Origin: Paramoeba atlantica
Taxonomy: Eukaryota > Protista > Discosea
Length of the DNA: 64,000 bases
Reading direction: 5' to 3'
Assembly: GCA_977017575.1 (NCBI GenBank)
Contig: CDRNVI010000040.1
Coordinates: forward strand, 1-64,000
Positions 56,377 to 64,000 of this stretch are shown piece after piece. Each line of letters starts with the position of its first letter. Position 1 is the first letter of the stretch. Position numbers and translations under genes: made by a program. The notes beneath the pieces are model-generated. The model was not told the origin of the DNA and did no database searches. It worked only from the letters and a program-made list of their open reading frames with translations.

Positions 56377-57240
56377 CTATCCAAAAAAGAAGCCTTACAT
56401 CGACTTCTTGCTGGCTTGAACGTCACTTTAATGCGGTCGCAGGCACGTATGATGGTGCTACGATCCTCACAAAAAAAAAAAAAAAAAAAAAACTTTTTAC
56501 ATAGAATCATCAAAAGACAAGAAAAAAAGAAAAAAAACAAAGACAAAAAAAACAAAGACAAAAAAAAAAAAAAAAAAAAAAGCGAGCGGACGGGGTCCTG
56601 GGGTTTGGAGGTTGTCCCTATAATTTTGGAAGGTTATGGATGTTAATCGGTTGACAAACTTTATCCTCACGACCATACGGGCCTGGGTGCATGCGGATCG
56701 GTGAGTGGGGTAGGGAGTGAGGGAAGGGAAGTACGAGAGGGCTAAGAGGAGTAGGTGTGGAAAGTATGGGGAGTAAGGGAAAGTGAAGGGCCGTAAGTGT
56801 GGAAATTGTGGAAAAGTTGGACTCCATACATAAAAAGTTAGACTCAATACTATTCCCCCCAATTATTTGCAAAAAAAAAAAAAGACAAGAAACTCTGTAC
56901 CCGGTGGTGTGTTTTCTGTCCCTGTAGGCGCGTTGGTCGTTTTTGTGGTTCGGTCCTTTTTTGAGAGTCTTTTCGCTGTGTGTACCATATTTTCCGATAA
57001 GTGTTCCCATGTGATCTCTTCCTCTTTCTTCGCCATTTCCCACACTGCTTGCTGGAAGGATGCCTTCTTCTCTTCATCTCCAAGTCTTGGCCAGGGTACC
57101 TTGCTTTGCCTAGAGTTAAAAAAAAACAAAGACAAGAAAAACAAAGACAAAAAAAAAAAAAAAAAAAAAAAAGAGAGCGGATGGGGTCCTGGGGTTTGGA
57201 GGTTGTCCCTATAATTTTGGAAGGTTATGGATGTTAATCG
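56377..57240. other. Patchwork of short element fragments joined at A-runs
   Basis: CRE II C-terminus (LNVTLMRSQARMMVLR), V2 A-tract segment twice, a copy of ~29385-29605 and a copy of ~59243-59460. Confidence 0.7.
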
Positions 57241-59083
57241 GTTGACAAACTTTATCCTCACGCCTTGGTTTTCGAAAACAAGGTTCCCCAATGTGAGATA
57301 AAGGTGAGTAAAGTTTTCTTTACTCTGCGATTAGCGCCTTAATGTTTTTAACCGCGTCATTGTTGACACGGCCGTACACCACGCCTAGTTGCTCCACACT
57401 TCTAGGTCCCAAGTTGGTATATGGGCAGAGGTTGAAAGCGTAACCTGTGTAGCTCGTGTGAGCTTGTAAAGGGCGTGGTAATGGACTGGTCATCTATTGC
57501 TATCGTTATCCTTTTGTGAGCTCTGCATGTTTTGATATTTTCTATCTATTAATATTTGACTACGTGATTGGGCATTTTGCGTTTATTGTGACGTGTGTGT
57601 GGGCAGGTTGGCCGAGGGTTCCGGTGGGGGGGAACCCCGTTAACAGAGTAACATTGATTGTGTTGTTTTATGCAGGCTTGTTTCTTTTCCATCTTTGTGC
57701 GTGTGAAATGAATGAATGATACGTTGTGTCATTTTGAATTACGATTGAGCTATTCATAGTTGTTCATTTATTCATATATGTTATCAGTGTATATGTTTCC
57801 AGGGAGCCCCTCGGCGTGGATTTCTAATAGTTCACGTTTTGAAATTTAGCCGAGGGGCGGCTATATATTTGCCTGCTGGCCCTTCGGGGCACATAATTTT
57901 CTCAAATTATGATGTAGTATTCTCTAATTGCATGGAGGGGGGTGTTTACTCGTTTGTTATATTCTTGTTAGGTTGTTATTTTGTTACGTTTAAAGTTTTG
58001 TGCCCACCCACCGAGCCCCCAGCCATTTGGCCGAGGGTTCCGGTGGGGGGGAACCCCGTTAACAGAGTGACATTGATTGTGTTGTTTTATGCAGGCTTGT
58101 TTCTTTTCCATCTTTGTGCGTGTGAAATGAATGAATGATACGTTGTGTCATTTTGAATTACGATTGAGCTATTCATAGTTGTTCATTTATTCATATATGT
58201 TATCAGTGTATATGTTTCCAGGGAGCCCCTCGGCGTGGATTTCTAATAGTTCACGTTTTGAAATTTAGCCGAGGGGCGGCTATATATTTGCCTGCTGGCC
58301 CTTCGGGGCACATAATTTTCTCAAATTATGATGTAGTATTCTCTAATTGCATGGAGGGGGGTGTTTACTCGTTTGTTATATTCTTGTTAGGTTGTTATTT
58401 TGTTACGTTTAAAGTTTTGTGCCCACCCACCGAGCCCCCAGCCATTTGGCCGAGGGTTCCGGTGGGGGGGAACCCCGTTAACAGAGTGACATTGATTGTG
58501 TTGTTTTATGCAGGCTTGTTTCTTTTCCATCTTTGTGCGTGTGAAATGAATGAATGATACGTTGTGTCATTTTGAATTACGATTGAGCTATTCATAGTTG
58601 TTCATTTATTCATATATGTTATCAGTGTATATGTTTCCAGGGAGCCCCTCGGCGTGGATTTCTAATAGTTCACGTTTTGAAATTTAGCCGAGGGGCGGCT
58701 ATATATTTGCCTGCTGGCCCTTCGGGGCACATAATTTTCTCAAATTATGATGTAGTATTCTCTAATTGCATGGAGGGGGGTGTTTACTCGTTTGTTATAT
58801 TCTTGTTAGGTTGTTATTTTGTTACGTTTAAAGTTTTGTGCCCACCCACCGAGCCCCCAGCCATTTGGCCGAGGGTTCCGGTGGGGGGGAACCCCGTTAA
58901 CAGAGTGACATTGATTGTGTTGTTTTATGCAGGCTTGTTTCTTTTCCATCTTTGTGCGTGTGAAATGAATGAATGATACGTTGTGTCATTTTGAATTACG
59001 ATTGAGCTATTCATAGTTGTTCATTTATTCATATACACGTTATCAGTGTATATGTTTCCAGGGAGCCCCTCGGCGTGGATTTC
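57115..59083 (+). mobile_element. V2 3' end only, with amplified terminal repeats
   Basis: Matches ~24110-25230 but carries B-(A-spacer-B)x3. Confidence 0.85.
57608..59083 (+). repeat. 419-bp tandem of V2 split direct repeats
   Basis: B at 57608, 58027, 58446, 58865; A at 57825, 58244, 58663. Confidence 0.92.
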
Positions 59084-60120
59084 CGGATTAGAACGGTTTC
59101 GCCGCAGACCTGCTTCAATTTCGGCGCATTCCTGCCCAATCTGCGCCTCAATTTCTTCTCCGTGCTCTTTTAGCACTTCCTTGAAGTGGTCCGGTTTTCG
59201 ACTCTGAAGAAATAAGTCGCGAAACCCTGAGATGCGCGGTGTTTCTGTACCCGGTGGTGTGTTTTCTGTCCCTGTAGGCGCGTTGGTCGTTTTTGTGGTT
59301 CGGTCCTTTTTTGAGAGTCTTTTCGCTGTGTGTACCATATTTTCCGATAAGTGTTCCCATGTGATCTCTTCCTCTTTCTTCGCCATTTCCCACACTGCTT
59401 GCTGGAAGGATGCCTTCTTCTCTTCATCTCCAAGTCTTGGCCAGGGTACCTTGCTTTGCCCCCCTGTACCTTTAGAACGCCACATGATTTTCACATCCGC
59501 CATAACGACGCAGTGTACTGTAGGCACTGGCGCCTTGAGTACTTTGTGCCTCCTAATGCTGGAGGCAAAGCGCTCACTGACCATGATGTGGTCAAGCTGT
59601 CTCCGCACCTTGTTGTCCCCACGCCTTTTGCTACCTCCCTTGTTGCCGACCTCCCCTTTTACGTGCATGTACTCACAGGCCTTGTCCCCATTTTCCTCTC
59701 CTTCCCTTCCCCTCTTCACCATACCGTTGTTATCCGTCCCCTCTGGCTCTGATCCTTTCCTTCCCATTTCCACCTTTCCTTCTTCCCCCTTCTGCCCCAC
59801 CTTCTCTGTTCCTACGTTGCGACGGTCCTTTGTCTCCGCTCTCCTGCCCGGCAGCTCACATGTCCATTTCCTCTTGCTCGGGCAGAGGGTGTGTGCTGAC
59901 TTACAGCCAATGGGGCACAAGAGGCCTTTCAGCTGAGAGACCGCTGGGGGATCCATGCTCGGATTCGTCACGAGCGTTATCGGTGCATTGAAATCCCCCA
60001 TGACCAATAAAGGTCTTCGTTTCCGTTCAGCCTTGACCTCACGACACGCCTTGTCCAAGTCACCCAGAAATGCCGCATGAACGGCTTCTGAGGAGTCCCG
60101 TATTGGGGCATAGACATTGC
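59084..60120 (-). pseudogene. LINE4: APE-domain fragment of the RTE-like family
   Basis: NVYAPIRDS, GDFNAP, KSAH..CPS.RKWTC, RQLDHIMVS; closest to LINE3. Confidence 0.8.
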
Positions 60121-60129
60121 ATAGACATT

Positions 60130-62120
60130 TGCCCAAACAAATAAATAAACTGCGCCCGATCGCTATAGGAGAGACCATCCTTAAAGTGTGTGGCATCATT
60201 CTTTTGCAACGACATGAAGACGCGCTTAAAAAGCACTTTCAAACCTTCCAACGAGGCATACTACAAAAGAATGCGTGTGAGCAAATTGTGCATGAACTGA
60301 TAGAAGAATACGAGGCAGACCACAAGATCGTCACAGTCGATTACACTAACGCATTCAACACACCAAACAGAATCGCCATTGCAGAAACTCTTCAAAAGCA
60401 TGATGTTTTCAGACCATTTATGCGCCTCTTTTTCCTAGAGTACTCCGAGCCATCTGATCTTCTTTTCTTTGCTGACAACACACTCTATTCAACAATCAAA
60501 AGCACATCTGGAGTACGACAAGGTTCAGCGCTCTCATCTCTCTGCTTTTGTAGCTTAATACATCCCATCCTAGCTGAAGTAGCCGATCTTTTTCCTGAAG
60601 TCACGATCCGAGCATACATGTATATGGACGACATCACGCTTTCATCTCGAAACACTTTATCCCTAGAAGCCGCTTTCCTCCATCTTCAAGAACTTTCTAA
60701 AGACTTATCACTTGATGTCAACTGCAATAAAACAGAGTGGTTTCAGAAAGGAGCAAAAAACTGTCCACTGGCATTGCAGAAAGCTGGTCTATCGTCACCG
60801 GAGAAATCTGTCAAGATCCTAGGCGCCTACATAGGGGAGAATGAGGACGTTAGTGAAAAGCTCGTACGACAGTCAGTAAAGCATGTATGCCTTTTTCGAC
60901 GTTTGCAAATCATGGGCCCAAGCAATCTTTCGTTAGCAATGTTGCAACGATGCACGATTCCACGACAGGATTACTTTTTGCGCGTCCACAAACCAGCAGC
61001 TACACTGAAAATTGCGGAATGCTTCGATGTTGAAATATCAAGAATTATCTCACACTGGTTTCTCGCCACAGGTGACTCACTCTGCCTCGCAACTCTACCG
61101 CAAAAAATGGGAGGTCTTGGTCTCACTCAGTCCACCTTAAAGCAACGGTACTTTTTTGAAGCAGCCAGACGATCTATTGATGAGCATAAAATATCCACTA
61201 AAGCTCCGGTAGGTCAACAAGCTGTTGAGAAAGTTAGTGGCGTTACTTTGAATCCGATGAAAATAAAAACTAAGACCTCTAAAGCAATTCGCGAAGAGCA
61301 AACAAAAGTGCTGTCAGAAATCAAAGCAAACAAGCGATTAAGTGAAGTCATTAGCAAAACAAAGGACTCGAATTCACTCTTGGTCTCCACTAATGATTAC
61401 ATCAATCCCTATCTTTTCCGATATTCCATAATGATGCGATTGGGGATATCACTCCCGAAAGCCTCAGGGATTTGCCATTGTCCGGGATGCGGGTCACAGC
61501 AAGAAGGAAACGGCCTTCTTCATCATGTTGCGGGCTGCGCACAATGTTCAGGTATGAACACCACGAAGAAACACACACACCTGATCCGTTTGCTTTCAGA
61601 TTTATGCACCAAGGCTGGGCTCCCTCACGTGGTCGAACCTCGAGTACATGCTTCATTCTATTGCACAAAGTGCAAGGCAAGTATTTCTGCAGATGCAGCT
61701 GAACGACATGCGTGTAGAGCGCATCGGATACGTTCTGGTCCTGACTTGGGAATAATGTGGCCTCACCAGGGAGAGATATTGTATGACGTAACTGTTGTAC
61801 ATACTTGTACGGTGTCAAATGCAAAGTTCACCCCTGAACAACTAATGGAAAACGCACTGGCCAGGAAAAATAAAAAGTATGTAGAACAGAATGGTTTGGA
61901 ACCAGAGGCGTTCAAATGCTTAGCGGTGACTGATTGTGGGCTTCTCCATGAAGACACTAAAAGACTCATCTCTGTTTTAGCAGCACGGGCACACCTCAAT
62001 CCTAAAGACACACGCGATGCCTTCCGACTAGCAGTTGAAAAATTCAATGCATACACAGTTGTATGCCAACTAAGAGACGTGATCCCACACTGCAACTGGA
62101 TAGGCGGACTAAGTAACTAA
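60130..62120 (+). pseudogene. 5'-truncated CRE family I element (RT + RLE)
   Basis: RPIAIGE, RQGSALSS, AYMYMDD (6-nt duplication), RSGPDL, YDVTVVH. Confidence 0.85.
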
Positions 62121-62690
62121 TCTTTCCTTAAACGGTTTTATTAACACAACTAATCTTTCCCAGTAAACGCAAACTGAGCACTTTACTTTACTTTATGGTT
62201 ATTTTCCTGAAGGACAAATATCACAATGACAAAAATGTAAACTTGTGTTAGTAATTATACTCGGAAAGTCAGGTAATCGTTCAGACGAAATATATGATTT
62301 TATTTTATTGAACATTAGAAACAATTTCCATAAGTTAAAACTTTTTGCAAAAGTTAATAAAGCTTTTGCTTTACTTTGCAACTCGAAAATTTTGGACCAC
62401 CACCCTTACCTTTACATAATTAGAAAAAAAATTTAGCAAAATCAAAATTTTCGAATAATCGCCCCTTTGCACAAATGATGGCGAATATATCTAAATATAG
62501 TTACCTTCGTCTAAAAAAAAAGATATTTTATTATACTATATAGAAATAAATGAAATTAAATAAAAAAAAGAAGGATTGTTATTCTAGGTTGAAAAGTGAT
62601 ATTCAAAATGTGCTATTCAATAAAACGTCTACTCGTTCTGCGTGATATACAGATATGTTGTGTAATGAATTTACTATTTATATTCGTGTC

Positions 62691-62722
62691 CTTTCTCTTG
62701 TTAAGACCCTTTCTTTTGTTAA
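62691..62722 (+). repeat. Two-unit 18-bp repeat CTTTCT(C/T)TTGTTAA(GACC)
   Basis: Period 18, TAAGACC core. Confidence 0.65.
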
Positions 62723-62731
62723 AAAAAAAAA

Positions 62732-62757
62732 AAAGATACAGTTTCTGTACCTTGTTG
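62732..62757 (+). other. Spliced-leader relic at the 5' end of CRE2c
   Basis: AAAGATACAGTTTCTGTACCTTGTTG after an A-run; ATG at 62787. Confidence 0.85.
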
Positions 62758-62786
62758 ATTTATTTTCTTAATCTTTCTCACGTTCC

Positions 62787-64000
62787 ATGGTTCTAACTCG
62801 CTCTAAAGCAAAACAGGAATCCAACTTTGATCGCGAAGCGGGCGCGCACAAGCTCGGTTCATGGGACCAGTTTCAGGCAAACAAAGACCTGGTTAAAGGC
62901 GCTAGCACATACAAGGAAGAGCTGTACACGACACCACTTCCGCCGGATCCTTCATCAGAATTAGAACAACGGGCCGAAGACATTGCCCTCAGCATTACGA
63001 ACTCCATCGAAGGCGTGACACCAGACACAGGGCGTCAGCAAACGAGCTCGGAAGAAGAATTATTTTCCAGCGTCCGTCCCACCGAGAATTCCGTTTTCCA
63101 GTTCGAAGGGGCCGCTCCTTCTTCACTCAGCCAATCGAAATCTACAAACAAGGCTGTGAAGGAGAAATGCGAGCGCCACAACCGGGGGATAGCTCGTACC
63201 GAATACAATTATGACGACGACAAATTAATTCTCCCCGACCTGACGCCTCAAGACCTCGACTTTTCGTTGAGCGGTGGAACCAAAGTAAGGAAAAAGAAAA
63301 AGCGCCCTAAAGGGATCTCACTTTCCCAGCTACATACCCAGTTATGCACCGAGTCTGGGGGCGACAGTGATGACCGTGACTCCACAGATGCGTCAACAAG
63401 TGTTCACAGCTCTCCGGCTGAATCACCCCTGAAGAAGTTAACCCCGAAAATGGCTGTAGGCAAACGTAAACGTCCCCAGCAGGTGTCGAAAACTACCTCC
63501 CCTGACGCCCCCAAAGCCGAAACAATGAACAATGCCCCCGAATCGACCCCAACCCAAAACTGTGCGATAGAAAAAACACACACCACGCATGAAAATACGC
63601 GAAAATGTCCCTTCGAGGGATGTACTTGGAAAACAGGGCCCCACGGGGGCCAATGGCAGGCATTCCACAACCACGTAGCAAACAGACACAGTGATGAGGT
63701 CCCAGACGAGTGGTGGAAAGACGAAGGACGTTTTAGGTGTCATGATTGCAATCAACATTATGATCAAGGCAAACTGGAAACCCATGACAAGATCTGCATG
63801 TTCCGCCATTCCTCTCCTCAAAGCCGTCCGTCGCCCTCGACGAGCAGTGCCGATCCTGTTCTAAGCCCCAATGTGGACTCGAATGCTCTTCCTGCCCTTA
63901 ACTCACCTTCCACACCCTCTCATCAAAGCGTAGTAAGCGAAAACGTGAAAGTCTCCGACACACCCCTTCCGAGTTTATCCTCTATCAGTGCGCTACTTAT
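62787..64000 (+). CDS. CRE2c polyprotein N-terminus (LsmAD-like, Zn fingers); runs off the window
   Basis: Hand translation: MVLTRSKAK..GSWDQFQANKDLVKGASTYKEELYTT..EEELFSSVRP; CPFEGCTW..GPHGGQW; homologous to 38857 onward. Not in the ORF track because it has no stop in the window. Confidence 0.8.
   Translation, partial: MVLTRSKAKQESNFDREAGAHKLGSWDQFQANKDLVKGASTYKEELYTTPLPPDPSSELEQRAEDIALSITNSIEGVTPDTGRQQTSSEEELFSSVRPTENSVFQFEGAAPSSLSQSKSTNKAVKEKCERHNRGIARTEYNYDDDKLILPDLTPQDLDFSLSGGTKVRKKKKRPKGISLSQLHTQLCTESGGDSDDRDSTDASTSVHSSPAESPLKKLTPKMAVGKRKRPQQVSKTTSPDAPKAETMNNAPESTPTQNCAIEKTHTTHENTRKCPFEGCTWKTGPHGGQWQAFHNHVANRHSDEVPDEWWKDEGRFRCHDCNQHYDQGKLETHDKICMFRHSSPQSRPSPSTSSADPVLSPNVDSNALPALNSPSTPSHQSVVSENVKVSDTPLPSLSSISALL

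Noticed and set aside
57516-58976. Repeated 99-aa membrane-like ORF (MKFSRGAAIYL...)
   Set aside because: It starts at TTG, lies within the non-coding terminal repeats, and recurs only because the repeat does.
1-64000. Telomeric repeats, tRNA/rRNA genes and host protein-coding genes
   Set aside because: No (TTAGGG)n tract, no recognisable tRNA or rRNA, and every long ORF is assignable to a retroelement; short antisense ORFs are shadows of those.

Overview
This eukaryotic window consists entirely of nested retrotransposons; no host gene is recognisable. Five copies of a kinetoplastid-type spliced-leader (SL) core (...GATACAGTTTCTGTACCTTGTTG) point to a euglenozoan, probably kinetoplastid, host. 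Three element classes are present. (1) CRE/SLACS-type non-LTR elements (RT plus restriction-like endonuclease), in two families. (2) VIPER/TATE-type tyrosine-recombinase elements (gag-YR-RT/RNase H, split direct repeats A...B-A-B), in two families. (3) RTE-like APE-RT-RNase H LINEs. Removing insertions restores several interrupted ORFs in frame, which supports the nesting being real. The main observations are: SL relics at the 5' ends of five element copies; homogeneous 18-bp arrays (53 and ~235 units) forming the 5' part of two LINEs inside their target duplications, each unit resembling a pyrimidine-tract/AG trans-splice acceptor; an Ataxin-2/Pbp1 LsmAD-like domain at the N-terminus of CRE polyproteins; and a small beta-barrel-like module shared by all three classes. 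Domain calls come from motif recognition by eye, not from database searches.
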